Shown: positions 40,321-54,599, counted from the stretch's first letter. The stretch: DNA of 64,000 nt from the human T2T-CHM13v2.0 reference genome, Homo sapiens (GCF_009914755.1 NC_060927.1), one strand, 5' to 3'. Made by a program: numbers and translations. The notes: generated by a model not told the origin, from the sequence alone.

Positions 40321-40677
40321 TAGGTTCTCTCTGGCTCCTTTAATATTGAAGTACAGGAAGGCACCAGAGGTGTGGGATAGCAAAAGTCTGACTAGCACCA
40401 CTTTAGTGGTCTTAATTTCCTCTAGCTATGGCAGAGATGCAAGCAAAGCATCTAGTGGTACTGTTGTGACCTCCTCAAACATTCCCCTGGGGGGTCACTC
40501 AACCGTTCCCTCCTCCCCTGGCTGCAACTTCCATACCCATTGACACTTCTGAGCCTCTTTCTGCTGAAGATTGTCTTATCCCCCTCTGAAAATCCTCCTG
40601 GGCACTCTCCAAACAAGTTCCAGACCAGCAGCCTTTCTTCTGTGTTTCTCACAACTGATCCATGGCACACAAGCACC
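40321..40677 (-). pseudogene. Candidate exon of fossil gene (5' edge uncertain)
   Basis: About 119 codons, 3 stops, ending TTKVVLVRLLLSHTSGAFLYFNIKGARENL|GTGAGT. Confidence 0.55.
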
Positions 40678-41137
40678 TTAGCCCTATTGTTAGCAGTGAC
40701 CTAGTTACCTACCAACAAGACAGTGCTCTGTCTTGCTAGCTCAGGTTACTTCAGGCAGCCTTTAACCCTTTAGATTTCTCGTGATTTGACCTGGAGACAC
40801 ATACTGAATTCTCTGATGCTGTCCTTGACACTCCTGTCACTGGGATTGGGGTACTATGGGGGGGCTCCATGTTGGGGCAAAGTGAGCACAATGGAGAAGG
40901 AAAATGACACCATGGTTCCACAATTCATTCTAGAATAAAACTTTTTTTTTTTTTAATTGACAAAAACTTTCTCAGCATGTTCAACCTTATTTTTATAGGC
41001 AGGGGATGAGTGAATAACTAATGGTCATAAAGCTGTAAGCCCTGTTCTGAGGAGCTTCACCTCACTTTTGAATAGGGGATGGGTTGCCGTTCATTATCTT
41101 AGGGTTCTCAGTCGAAAAGAGACAGAATCTCGCCTAC

Positions 41138-41431
41138 TTTTTTTTGAGACAGGGCCTCATTCTGTCGCCCAGGCTAGAGTGCAGTAGTGAGATCCTGGCT
41201 CAATGCAGCCTCAACTTCCCATACTCAAGTGATCCCCCCACCTCAGTCTCCCAAGTAGCTGGGAGCACAAACACATGACACCATGCCCAATTAATTTATT
41301 TTTATTTTTAGTAGACACAAGGTCTCACTATGTTGCCCATGCTGGGATTGAACTCTAGGCTCAAGTGACCCTTCTTTCTGCCTCAGCTTCCCAAAGTGCT
41401 GGGGTTACAGGCATAAGCCATCAAGCCTGAC
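41138..41431 (-). mobile_element. AluJ
   Basis: Diverged full dimer. Confidence 0.88.
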
Positions 41432-41808
41432 TCTTTTTAAACATTCTATTACATGTCTGGTACACTCTGAAACATTACATGTCTCATGCATAAAACACTC
41501 ATTTTAAATCATGTGTGTAATGGTTTTTATTAATTCTATAGACTGCATCATAGACTTTTCAGTTCTGGAGGGTTTACAAAGGCCCATGGCCAAAAGGTTT
41601 TAACTTCATTTATGAGCTAACTTTGGGTCTATATCAAAGACATCATGAGTAAAAAAAAGAAAAAAAAAGGAAATTTTTGTAATAGGTTCAGGTGTTCTGA
41701 GTAGGGTGGTATAGTTTTATTGCATGGTAGATTCTACTTCTATCCCTTGAGGCATCATTTTGCAACACAGCTTATAAAGGCAGCAGAAGGTAGTTCTGCG
41801 TTTATTAC

Positions 41809-41959
41809 TTATGTGTTGGTGGAGTGAGAAAGAACAATTTCTAATTTCTGCCAGTAAAATTCTTTTCTGTTCCTGTCTGTTGAGCTTGTTCTGGCAGTAT
41901 TCATATTCTCCCTCCCCCTTTCTCCCCCTAGCCTTAACAGAGATACATTTGTGCTCATG
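41809..41959 (-). pseudogene. Candidate exon of fossil gene
   Basis: ttttttcacttttcctacatcaatccAG|HEHKCISVKARGRKGEGEYEYCQNKLNRQEQKRILLAEIRNCSFSLHQHI A|GTAATA; no stops. Confidence 0.5.
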
Positions 41960-43666
41960 CTGGATTGATGTAGGAAAAGTGAAAAAACTCTTCTTTTTTA
42001 AGAATCATTAATTTCTCCTAGAATTCACAAATTATGATTGAGTAGCCTACATGTCTAATTGTCTTCTCTGTTATAAAATGGAGAAAGCTTATGAAGACAG
42101 ATGAAGAGTTAAATGCTTTGTGGCATTTTATCAACAGCCTGTGTCTCTTTAGCCCTCACTATTTTTTCTCTGCTCCTTTATTCATTGACCACCCTTTTCT
42201 ATACTTGTTATTTTTTGAGTGTGGGTGATACTGCTCTGGATCAGAGGAGGTGCCTGATATATGTTAATAAATGAATGACTGCTTTTCTAGTAGTATCTAC
42301 CTATACAAGTTTCCATGGGTACTATAACATTCAAAGGGCCTCATGTGAGGGCTGCTTGGTCAGAAAGCTGACTAGATATATGGATTTGAGGTCAAGTGGC
42401 CGTAAAACTGGAGGGATAATCGTAAAGGGGAGGTCTCTTTTCTAGTTGATGCTAATTGTCTATACACTCAACCTAAACAAAAATAGTTTGATCCACACTT
42501 TATGCTCCCAAGGGTGACCTTAACTGGCTAGGAGAAGAATAATGGTAGACTCTCACACACTCTGGCTTAAAAAAAAACATAAAAAGAGCATGGGTCATAT
42601 TTTACATCACTCCCAGTTAATGCCTGAATGAACCATTGATATAGCTCTTAGGAACTCCACCCACCAACAAAGCTGTTAATATTTAGTTTTCTTTTATAGC
42701 TGATAAGGAGTTTTGTGGAAGATGATCTTTGGGAGCCCTGAGGCATCCTCATACAGAGAACTGGCTCCCTTACATTAGAGACCACACTCTTCAGTCTGAA
42801 AGAAGAGCTGCGGTAGTTCACCATGCATGCCTCTCTCTCCTTTACAAGCTCCTTCTCTGCCTTATCTTTTTAAGCTGCATGTACTTAATTACAGTAAAAA
42901 CTGCCATTTATTGATCTTTTACTATATGCAAGCCACTGTGCTAAGTACTTTACATACATTATCACATTTAATCTTCCAATATTCCATCTTAAATCCTGAA
43001 TTATGCTCTTTCTTTTTTCTATTCACTGTGGGGAGCTCATTTGTTCCAAAGGCTTCAGCTATCACCATCATACTTAATCTCAAAATCTGGATACATCTAC
43101 ATCCCCAGGTCCATATCACCAAAAGCTCAGTCGGTGTTTTCCCATGGATGACTTGCCATCACCAGTCTTGACTTCAACATCTCAGAAACTCTTCCCACTC
43201 TCCTCTTCTGCCTTATTTCTTTGTGTATTAAATTGTCATATTTGCCATAAGCCAGATTTAAATCTTGCAGTTATTTTGATTAATATATAGGTATCTATAT
43301 GTGATATAGATACATATCCCTCTAAATATATATCTATACATGGTGTATATACATATAATATATGGAGAAAGAAGCAGACAGAGAGAGAGAGAGAGAACAA
43401 GTCCTGATGATTTTTCTTCCCTCTGTCCCTCCATCACAATGCTACTTCAGGCCTCCTCACTTCACATACGAATTACTTCAACTGACAGTAGGGGCCTCCA
43501 TGATTCTAGACACTGCTCTTAGATGCATTTCACCACCACCCTTGGCTGCTCTTCTACACACCCTTTGAGGTGTTGCCATTGAGGCCCATTGAGTTGAATC
43601 CACATCCTTATTTTGGCTGTACTTATTTAACTCTATCCATGCCATCTCTCTTTCTTTTTTTTTTTA

Positions 43667-44008
<342 letters not shown>

Positions 44009-46239
44009 TCACCTTCAACTGGAGGTCTCTGTTCATAAGTTTCCCTTCACCTACAGTTTTCTCCCTCTTATTTTTTTGGATGAAAAATCCATTCAGAGTT
44101 GAATGATTTTCTTGAGGTCGAATTGCAAGCACTTGACCTGGATTTAAACCTATTCTAATCCTCAAGACTGTGCTTGCTTTCCTCAGTGACAACTACTTGT
44201 TTCAGAATAAGATGAATGTAGGATGAAATTCATAGATGGAAACTCAAACTACATTTGTATAGAGTTTGCCTAATAATAAAATACTACTAGCTCAGGCCAG
44301 CATCAGCTCCTGAAGACTGTTTCCCTTGTGCTGGACCCCAGTCATGGCAAATGAAGACATTTTGACACCTCCAGCCAAATTAATCTGCAAAATATGGCTC
44401 AATTTTTAATAGCTTTCCATCTATGGTCCCTTAAAGAAAACTTCAAATTCAAAGAAAACGATAGTAAGATGCCTACAGTTTATTTCAGCCACTGAAATTC
44501 TCTACTGAACTTCAGATTCAATCATAGGAGCATTGCCCCTAGTTGTCCTATGTTTGTACTTTAAGCTGCACCCAAAGTTCCAGCATCAGTTTTTTAAAGA
44601 TTCTAAAAAAGGATGATATAGCATATGTTCAAGCTGAGCAAGTTACTAGGATGCCAATAGTACGTTTCTGTAAACTTTTGATTGTGAATTTCCTAGGCAG
44701 ATAGGACTTCTCTGGCTAGTTTTGCTTTTAACTAAGGACATGCCCTTTAGTTCAAATGAATATCAAAGATTATTAGACTCTGATCTGAAGTATTTCGTAA
44801 GGGTATTCATAGTGCAGAGATATGGATTTATGATCTGGCTGGTAACTTGCTGAATAACCAACAAATGTCTTTTCTCCATCTCAGTTTCCTTCTCTAATAA
44901 AGGAAGGCAACAATGGCTTCTTTCCATTCTCCCAGGGGTATCAAAGGATTAAGGATGTTGGTGAACATTATTAAAAGAGAGGTTATATTTAATTAAATGT
45001 AACACTCATAAATATAATCACATCATGGCAATAGCTGAGTTTTATTACAGGTCCATACAATGAACAGCTTTTGTTACTCATTAGTCAGCCTCATTGTTTG
45101 TCATCACCACATTGATTTCAGTCCAAAAAGCCAGATTCTCAGAAACATAAATATTAAATTTGATTTAAGCTGACAGCACTCATGGCCTTGAAAATCTTTA
45201 GGTAGAATTAGAAACTAGACAGTTGTCAAAATTTGCCTCTGGAATCTTCTACACTTTTCTAAGATTTTAGTGTTTTGGTTCCAGAGGCTGGTTGCTAATA
45301 GTAGCAGAAGATACGTCAACCTGATTTCAAACTCTCCAAGCCACGATGAAAAGCTAATCATCTGTGATGGTCACAGTAACTTCTTTCCACTGCCTTCCCA
45401 GTAAAAGAAAACCACACATTATACCACAAACTGATACTACTGACAACTCATTCTTTTATTAATTCAGCACCTACTGTGTATAAAACATTCTTTCTAATTA
45501 TGGGAGGTGGGGAGAAAGTTTAATGATGAATAAGACACAATCTCTATCCCAAAGGAATTTATAATCCAACACAAATATGTTGTATTTTCAATATCATAAT
45601 TTATATTTAATATCTAATAATGGAATTATTTCTCTACCTTTCTTTCTTTTTATACATCCAATAGTGTAAAAAGCTTCAGATGAATGGTTCAAAAGCTTAA
45701 GTCTTCCGACTGGCTCTGCTGTTGACCAGCTTGTTTGGTAAGTCACTTTACTTATCTGGGCTCCAGTGTTTTTTATCTGTAAATTCTGAGCTTTAAAATT
45801 CTACTCACTCCTCTAACATTCATCGGCTATTGTTGCAGTACCTACTACATACCTACTACATGCAAGGCAATGGTCTAGTTACTTGGGATGCCTTAGCTAC
45901 TGAAACAGACACACATGCCTGCCCTCCTCCTCCCTCACATTCTATAGGGTAGGAAGACAAACAATGAACAGTAAACACAATAATAAATAAGTAAAATAAT
46001 TTATCAGAAGGTTATAGTGCTATGGAATATTGTGCACAATGTAAGAGGGAATCAGAAGTGTGGGATGGGGCAGATTTCCAATTTTATATAGAGTGGTCAG
46101 GTGGGACTAAGGAGATGTCATTCAAGAAAAGACTTGACAATGCCCTGTCCAGTGCCCTCTAAAAAGTATTTTTTTTTTTTTCTGTATGGTATGAGGGAAA
46201 AGTATTAAAGAAGTGCTGGAGCAAACACCACAGAAATAG

Positions 46240-47222
46240 TGTTACTGAATCAAACTGGGATCCACTCACCCAGCACAGTAAGGCCAAACATTCACACTGA
46301 GGGTTTTCAGTGGGAGAAGGGAGGGTGTTTATTTGCAAGATGCCAAGAAAGGAGAATTGGGCAGCTCATGCTTAAGATCCAACCTCTCTGATACAAGCAA
46401 GGGTTTTAAAAAGCAGGGATAAATTTCAGGAAAACAGGAAGTTACAGGCAAATTACAAATGGAGGTTATACATTGCTTTGGTCTAAAAAGGTGGATATCT
46501 TGAAGCGGGTGGTTTATAAGTCATAGGTAGAGTTAAAAGTTTCCTGATTTGCAATTGTTTAAAGAAGAGAAGCTGTGTTTAAAAATCCGGGATCAGCAGA
46601 AAGAAAGCGTAGGTCTGGCTCATGGGCATGGCTTCCTCACAGGGGTGTCCAAGGGAGAGAATACAGCCATGGGTTCCTAGTTTCTGTTTCTGGTTGAACC
46701 AGTAAAGCCCTTTCCTCATCCCTCTTTTTCACTTATCACTAGAGACAGAAACTGAAAACGGTCGCTTCAGGCTGCTAAAAGCCTAATACAAAACAAAACA
46801 GAACAACAACAACAAAATAAGGTGGGTTGGACAAGTTTGCGCCCCTCAGGAAAAACTTTAGAACAAAGAATGACTGTCAGAGTTCAGTCCTCAGTTTCTC
46901 CCTAGCTGAGGTCTATGTGCCAGTGGATTTGTTTGACAGGGGTCCAGGTCTCTAAAAAACAACTCAGGGACATATGTTAAGATGTTATCGCTAGTTTCTA
47001 TATGGAACCAAACATCTCAGGGCTCTAACTTCCCTGGCTATTGTTTTAAGCTACTATTACCTCTTGCTTATCAAGTTGCTTATTTACTTTTCAGGACTAG
47101 CTAAGTACCTGGAATTTCCCTTGAAGGAACTCAAGATTTTCTTTTATTTCCTGGCTCCCTGGGGAGGGCGTGCGGGGGTAGGGGAAAAGCAGGCCCCTAA
47201 GAGGAGTCTCGACTCCATCCCA
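46240..47222 (-). mobile_element. ERV1-class solo LTR (family not certain)
   Basis: TG..CA termini, ggagaattgggcagctcatgcttaaga; 4-bp flanks atag/atgg. Confidence 0.7.
46640..46839. mobile_element. MER30B-like hAT element nested in the LTR
   Basis: MER30-type termini caggggtgtccaa / ggttggacaagtttg. Confidence 0.8.
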
Positions 47223-47294
47223 ATGGCCCAGCCTTTGTTGCTTTGCTCTTGCCTTTCCTTGCAAGATACATGAAGCCAGATACATGACCTAGAA

Positions 47295-47740
47295 CTTCTT
47301 TGTCCAATATAGTAGCCATTAGTCATGTGTGGCTATTGAGTTCTTAAAATGTGGCTAGTCCAAGTTGAGATATTCTGTAAGTGGGAAATACAAAGTGGAT
47401 TTCTAAGAATGTAAATACCTCTTTAATGTTTTCATATTTATTTCATGTTGTAATGGGAATATTGTGTGCATGTTGGATTAAATAAAATATATTTTTAATT
47501 TAATTTTGTTTTTTAAGTTTTTAATGTAGCTTCCAGAAAATTTTATTTTTAAAATTTCTTGTACAGATAGGTTCTCACTATGCTGCTCAGGCTAGTCTTG
47601 AACTCCTGGTCTCAAGCAATCCTCCTGCCTCAGCCTCCCCGAGTGTTGGAATTATAGGCATGAGCCAGTGCACCTGGCCTGCTACCAAGAAAATTTAAAT
47701 ATGCACATAACTCACTTGATTTTTCTATTGGGCAGCACGT
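47295..47740. mobile_element. MER33 carrying a FLAM Alu monomer (47544-47679, -)
   Basis: tgtccaatatagtagcca..ctattgggcagcac; TSD a(c/t)ctagaa. Confidence 0.85.
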
Positions 47741-48402
47741 ATCTAGAACTTGAAATGGGGGTTTTGCTATTAGCATGTATGTCACTCTTGCCTTGGTAGG
47801 TAAGTCACCTCATTCTGCTAGATGTCTTTCCTTTTGTATTCTTTAGAATTCTTTTCCCTATGGCCTCTGGGTCAAGGAATGCAAGCATAGGGCTCACATT
47901 TCTAGAATTCAGGATACTTTTGTGCTATCATTAGCATATAATTTGGGAGAGGTAGAAGAGGAAAAGGAGTTTAGGTCCTGGGATAGAATATAGGATTCAA
48001 GGGCATGTTTTAGAAACTATAAGACAGACCATGTTGATTATATTGTTATGCTAATTAGGGTACATTATTTTTATCTTTAGTGTTCATTCCTCACTTAGTG
48101 ACAGAAAATGTTAGCTGTCGTAAGTGGTGAGTGAGAGTAATGCTACGATAAAATAGAAGCCATTTTCCCCACACCATAGCTAGTCGTGGATGTCAACAAA
48201 CTGTGAAGGGTCAAACTAAAAATTAGGAGAAATACCTATATAAAATACAGATATCTCTTTTTTTATAGACTCAGGATATAGCATGGGACCAATTCAACAT
48301 ACAGTTCTAAACAATTCCCTTACTAGATTCCTGAATTTCCCCGAATCATGTTTTTGAAGGTAATCAAGGGCCAGAGAGGATACTGAAAGATTGTTCAGCT
48401 AC

Positions 48403-48495
48403 CTTTCTTTAAGTAAGCAAAGAACTAAATCCTTCAGCTCAAGGAGTTTTTTATTCTCTTTATGATTCCCCAAGGATAGCAATAAATCTTATTGA
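48403..48495 (-). pseudogene. Candidate exon of fossil gene
   Basis: tctctattcAG| ... AAG|GTAGCT; best frame Q*DLLLSLGNHKENKKLLELKDLVLCLLKE (needs a frameshift to join 49065-49169). Confidence 0.5.
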
Positions 48496-48618
48496 CTGAA
48501 TAGAGATTCCACAGTCTCCCATAGAAGCCCATTTCAGTATTTTATCCCTCAACAGTAAAGAAAGCCTTGCTGGTGTACAACAAAATATAATATTCTTTAT
48601 TCTAAGCCAATCTTCTGT

Positions 48619-48754
48619 TCTCTTTTTTCCTCTCCTCTCCTCTCTTTTGTCTTCTCCCCGTCCCTCCGCTCTCCTCCCCTCCCCTCCCCTCTTCTCTTCT
48701 TTTCTCCTCTTCTTTTCTCTCTCCTTCCTTCTTCTTTCTTTCTTTCTTTCTTTC

Positions 48755-48810
<56 letters not shown>

Positions 48811-48883
48811 TCATTTCTCTCTTTATCTCTCTCTCTCCTTTTTCTTCTCTTCTCTTTTCTTCCTTTCTTCTCTCTCTTTTCCA
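48619..48883 (+). repeat. Polypyrimidine STR complex including (TTTC)5TC(TTTC)14
   Basis: Counted directly; (TTTC)14 at 48757-48812. Confidence 0.97.
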
Positions 48884-49064
48884 TGGAGAACAACTGATAA
48901 GCATTAGCCTCTCAAAAATTTTTAATATACATAAGCAGTTTAAATGCAATTCATCTTTCTCTTCTTCTTTTCCCCAAATCATTAGCTGCAAAGCTCTACA
49001 CAATTGCACAGTATCACTCCCTATCTTATATTTATGTTTGTGTTTCTGTTTATAAATCAACTAC

Positions 49065-49169
49065 CTGGAGTTTTCTTTGACTTTCATCCTGTTTTATTTT
49101 CTCACTTATCAAGGTTACTATCAATGTTTTCCTTTCACTTCATCTTACCAAATAGATGTGTTCCTGGAC
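49065..49169 (-). pseudogene. Candidate exon of fossil gene
   Basis: attgtAG|VQEHIYLVR*SERKTLIVTLISEKIKQDESQRKLQ|GTAGTT; 105 nt phase 0-0, one TGA. Confidence 0.6.
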
Positions 49170-49498
49170 CTACAATATCAGAATGTCATAAACCACAGCA
49201 CTGCTAAAATATATGTTCCAATAAGGAACCAACAGAAATCAGGTTTCACTGAAGAACATAGAAGTGAAAAGCACAAAGAATATGGGATTGTGAGGAAATC
49301 TATAATTGAAAACCAGATAAGAGCCACTCACCACAAAACATCAGGGAAGATGAAAAGATAGAATTTATTGAAAATAAAATGATTCCTAAGTATCTGGAAT
49401 TAAGTTATATAATCTGGATAATCTCAAATAATAGGCTGTTTAGAAGTCCCCTTCCCCTCCAGTTTAGAACAATTCAGTTTGAGCTCTTTTATGCAGAC

Positions 49499-49637
49499 CA
49501 GTTTTCTTTGAGAACAATAGAGATTAAATCTTGTTCAAGTCCCAGAGGTTCTTCTCATCTTTCTTTTTCAATCAGTGCTCCCATTACTGAGTTATTCACT
49601 CTAACTGCTATTGTCTTGCTGGGAACCAAATAAAATT
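49499..49637 (-). pseudogene. Candidate exon of fossil gene
   Basis: atttcctgcatttAG| ... CTG|GTCTGC; most open frame FYLVPSKTIAVRVNNSVMGALIEKER*EEPLGLEQDLISIVLKE; the phase-joining frame has four stops. Confidence 0.55.
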
Positions 49638-51160
49638 CTAAATGCAGGAAATATGACCCTGCTTCACTGGTCAGAAGAATCATCACTTCAATAACAATGT
49701 AGAATACTCATGAGTCAACTGCTTCCTGAGGGACCAATCATCTTGGGAAAGTGAGGGTAGAATCATATTGCCTTTTGTGACTGTGTAGGTGGGAAAGGAC
49801 AATTTCTGGAAAGGTAGATGGCAACTACAGGTGTCTGATACAACTACAACTGTCTAGTTTCTTCTCTGTGTCTTTCACTGGGCTGTGAGTTCCTTGAGAG
49901 TAGCGACGGTGTCTTATTCATCTTGGGATCTCCAGCTCTCACATCAGGGCTCAAGACAAAGTAGGTATTCCATAAATAGTTGATTTTTGAATAAATAAAT
50001 CTATGAATGAATGATTCAAGTTATCTATCCATGAAGAAAAACAAGTGGCAATGCCAACATTTCAAAGTAAAATTATTTATTTCTTTAAAATGCCTTAATA
50101 ATAATCTAGTTTATGAATAATTCCACTCTACACTGATGAAAAAGTAGTAGAGTCCCTTTATTTTATATAAATTAGTTTGGAAAATAAATAATATGTAAAA
50201 AGAATTTTATATATAGGTATATGTACATAGATGTATGTAGATGTATTTGTATCTATCTGTCTATCTATCTGATAGTACATGGAAATGAAAACCAAGGTGA
50301 TCACCAAGGAGAGTAGCAAGTGAATACTGAATCTGATTTTAACTGAGTGGTGGTCATGAATTGATGGGGGAGATGCTGAGAGCCACCCAGGCAAAGGGAA
50401 AAATCATAAACAAATGAACAAAAATGAGAATGATCAAGAGTTGAGAGAAAAATGATAAGGCTACCAATTTGGTTTGTAGTAGTATTTCTTGGTACTCTAG
50501 TACCAAGAAATGTGGAAATATTAATACACATGCATATCTATCAATTTCTTTCTTTTTGAGCCAATATGAAGTTGGAAGGAATTGGATTCTTAAGCAAAAG
50601 AATGACATGATGAAAAGGTTGTTTTGAAAGTTGTGCCAGGAAGAACTGGATGCCAGAGGAAGAAAGTTCAATTGGGAAGATACCATGATGCTGACAATGA
50701 AGCAACTAGGGCCTCCATGAGAATAATGCCTATGGGATTAGATAGGAAGAGGGATATGATGAGGACACATGTATCCTCTCTTTTTCCTTACTCAAAATCT
50801 CCAAGTTAATTTTTACTGTTTGTTGTTCCATGTATACCTCATGGCACAAAGTTCTATAGTTTGTTCTAATGAATGTTTGTTTACCTACCTCTAGGCCTCA
50901 ACACTGTCTTTGGGACTTTCTTCTGAGAGGGTCTTTAGAATTGCCTTTTCTCTCTCTCACTGTCACCTTCTTTGCAGGCCAAGAAAAGGAATCTGTTCTC
51001 TCCCCAAGAGGTGTGGTCCTGCTACCTGCACTAGTGCTGGCTGGCTCTCTACCGTCGAATTTTTCTGAGTCTGGCTTCAAACTGCAACTCATCATCTGCC
51101 TCCAATTCCACAGATTAGCCTCTTCCTTCCATCCTTTCTTTATATGTCTGTAATGCTCTT

Positions 51161-51465
51161 TTGTTTTTGTTTTGTTTTTTTGAGACAGGGTCTCACTCTG
51201 TCACCCAGGTTGGAGTGCAGTGGTGCAATGACAACTCACTGTGGTCTCAACCTCCCCTGTTTCAGGTGATCCTCCTACCTCAGCCTCCTGAGTAGTTGAG
51301 ACTATAGACACATGCCACCATGCCTGGCTAATTTTTTATCTTTTGTAGAGATGGGGTTTATCCGCGTTGCCCCAGAGCTGGTCTCAAACTCCTGGGTTCA
51401 AGTGATCCTCCCACCTCGTCCTCCCAAAGTGCTGGGATTACAGGCATGAGCCACCATACCTGGCC
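51161..51465 (-). mobile_element. AluJ
   Basis: Full dimer. Confidence 0.9.
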
Positions 51466-51498
51466 CACTCTTTTGGATTCTCCGGGGGTATCCTAGAC

Positions 51499-51662
51499 CA
51501 GTGCTTCACAAATTTAAGTTGCATAGGAATCACCTGGGGGTCATTTAAAATGTAGATTCTAATTTAGTAGGTCTGGGCTGCGACCTGGGATTCTGAACTT
51601 CTAAAAGCATCCCAGGTGAAGCTGATGCTGCTGATCCATGGATCACCCTTTAAGTAGCAGGG
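51499..51662. mobile_element. MER5A1-like (hAT-Charlie)
   Basis: gaatcacctggg, ccaggtgaagctgatgctgctg; TSD tcctag(a/t)c. Confidence 0.85.
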
Positions 51663-52696
51663 TCCTAGTCCTAGAAGACCTGGAGACTCTCTTCTTGCAG
51701 GGGTATCCCAGCTCAGGTCTAAGTAAGCCACCTCATTCTAATGTGGTCACCACTGCATCTGCCTGGCCCAATTATGCTTCCTTTCACCCTCATTCCTGCA
51801 TCCCTGAGCTTCCAACTGAACCTCCCTGGGGACTTAGCATAAGTGGAATCAACCTCATATCTGGCCACCAAACTTTAGAGGACCTCACACAGGCCCTTAC
51901 TCTCAGCCTCAAGGTTTCTAGAGCAGCTCTCTGTATTCTGCTTTTCTTTTGTAGCTGTTGCCATCCCTGGAGATCTGCCCCAACTTGACCACAGAGTGGG
52001 ACACAGACTCCTTAGCTCCCAGTCACATGGCCTTTTGAAGGGAAGCCCACAGGCTCTACTGGTTTTAAGGATTTTCCTTCAAGTTGTTTTGCCAAAACAA
52101 TTTTTACTATACTTATAGTATAAATTATAAACATAAAGAAGTTACAAAGATTAAGGTTTTTAAAATCCTGGTACCTGTTTTACACAACTGCAGCTATCTT
52201 CCTCTGAGATGGTAAAATAGATGCCTAAAATCTTTTCTTTCTGTTATGAAAGTTCTACATTCTTCTGGGTGCCTTGTATCTGTTACCTTATGGTTTCTCC
52301 CTGCTTCTCTGGCTTTGTGACCTCACTTCTTGGTTGCTGTCCAGTATCTGACCCAGCCTCCTTATCACCCTCTCACTTCTTGGCTATTCTGACTCTGAAT
52401 TTCTACTCTGGTCCTTTTCCTACTCCAAACTGCCCAAGCCACTGTTTTTCCTCCTCAAAGGAGGTGAGGAATCAGGAAACTCTGTTGGCTTGACAACAGC
52501 CTTTTAGATGTTTTAGAATGCTACCTTGCCAATATTATTTGACTTCAGTTCTGGTTCCTGACTAGTACTTTGGACCTTGCCTGTGTTTATGCTATGCCTT
52601 TGTCAACTGCCTGAGCATGCCATTAAACTGATTATTTTCTGACACTTAATTTGGACTCCTGTCCCTATCCCCATTTTCCCGTTCTAATCCACAGAC

Positions 52697-52838
52697 CTGT
52701 AGTCAAACAAATTCTTGGCATAGAGCAATCAGGACCTTCTCACATCTGTACAAGATTTACTACAAACAAGCTGACTGTTCTTGCTCCTCTTTAAAAGAGT
52801 TGAAAAATCCAAACCGTGTACTGTATATTCAAAATAAA
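52697..52838 (-). pseudogene. Candidate exon of fossil gene
   Basis: tatttcctttcAG|TT YFEYTVHGLDFSTLLKRSKNSQLVCSKSCTDVRRS*LLYAKNLFDY AG|GTCTGT. Confidence 0.6.
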
Positions 52839-52872
52839 CTGAAAGGAAATATGCATTTCTTTAAAAGTTGAC

Positions 52873-53414
52873 CCAAGTATCTATGAACAGATGAATGGAT
52901 AAAGAAAATATGGTATATATACACAAAGGAATATTATTCAGCCTTAAAAAAGAAAAAATTCTGTCATTTGCAACAACATGGATGAACCTGAAGGACATTA
53001 TGTTGAGTGAAATAACCTAGGCATGTAAAGACAAATAGTTTGCGATCTCACTTATTATGTGGAATTAAAAGAAAATCAAACTCAGAAACAGAGAAAAATG
53101 GTGATTACCAGAGGCTAGGATTTGGGGGATTGGGGAGATTTTAGTCAAAGGACACAAAATTTCAGTTAGAGAGAAGGAATAAGTTAAAGAGATCTATTGT
53201 ATATCATGGTGACTGTGGTTAATAATAATACATTGTACACTTGAAAATTGCTAAATTTTGTGTTTTGACCACAAAAGATACATCTGTAAGGTAATGCATA
53301 TTCAAACAGCTTGATTTAGCCATTCCACAATGTATACGTGCATCAAAGCATCATATTGTATACCATAAATACATGCAATTGTGACTTGTCAATGAAAAAA
53401 TAAATTAAAATGTG
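52873..53414 (+). mobile_element. L1MA-type 3' end
   Basis: gatgaatggataaagaaaatatggtatatatacac..; TSD aaaagtt(g/a)ac. Confidence 0.88.
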
Positions 53415-53685
53415 AAAAGTTAACTCACGATTCACAGACTGCACTGGCCTATGCATATGCTGTTTCCTCCTAACACTTTCCCCTCTGCGTTTTACATAGC
53501 TGGTTTCTTCTCATCATTTATATTTCAACTTAAACATCACCTTCCAGACTCCTTGACCCTCTAAGATGTTTCTTCCTTCTTGTTCCACTATGCTCAGATA
53601 CGTTATTCTGTTTGTTTTCTGCCTAATCACTAATGGTACTTGTATACTTATTCATATCTTATTTTTATTCATATCTATTTTATTT

Positions 53686-54142
<457 letters not shown>

Positions 54143-54561
54143 TAAATTCTAAAAGGACACAAGAACTATGTTTGGTTAGTTTGATATTAAATAAAGAGGA
54201 TGCTGATTTAAATAAGTATTTAAATATGCATGGCATGTTGTAGGTGTTCAATAAATATTTGGTAAATGAATGCTTCAATTGGATCTAACCTTGATAGGAG
54301 ACAAATATGCCAGCATTAACTCAATAAAACTATGTGATGAAGAGTGTTTTAAGGCTTTTCATTGATGATGAATACTCAAAACTTTGAGTTGAAATAGGCT
54401 GAATGGGAAGCCTGTAGAAATACATATGTTAGAAACATTTTTATTAACTGTATTTGGGAGTAAAAGTGCACCCTGGCTGGAGTCATCTGGAGTCTTATAA
54501 TCCCATAAACCCTAGATAGGTTTCAAGGCTAATCAGCAATCAAGCATGACAGGCCCTTGAC

Positions 54562-54599
54562 CTAGTTTTTTGCTGAAATCCCTCCTGAGACCATCGAAC
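54562..54599 (-). pseudogene. Candidate short exon of fossil gene
   Basis: atttatcAG|G FDGLRRDFSKKL G|GTCAAG; phases 2/1 fit both neighbours. Confidence 0.5.

Noticed and set aside
40390-40462. CTCF-like motifs (also near 15685)
   Set aside because: Two or more core mismatches
48597-49060. K/E/R-rich ORFs
   Set aside because: Translation of the TTTC repeat
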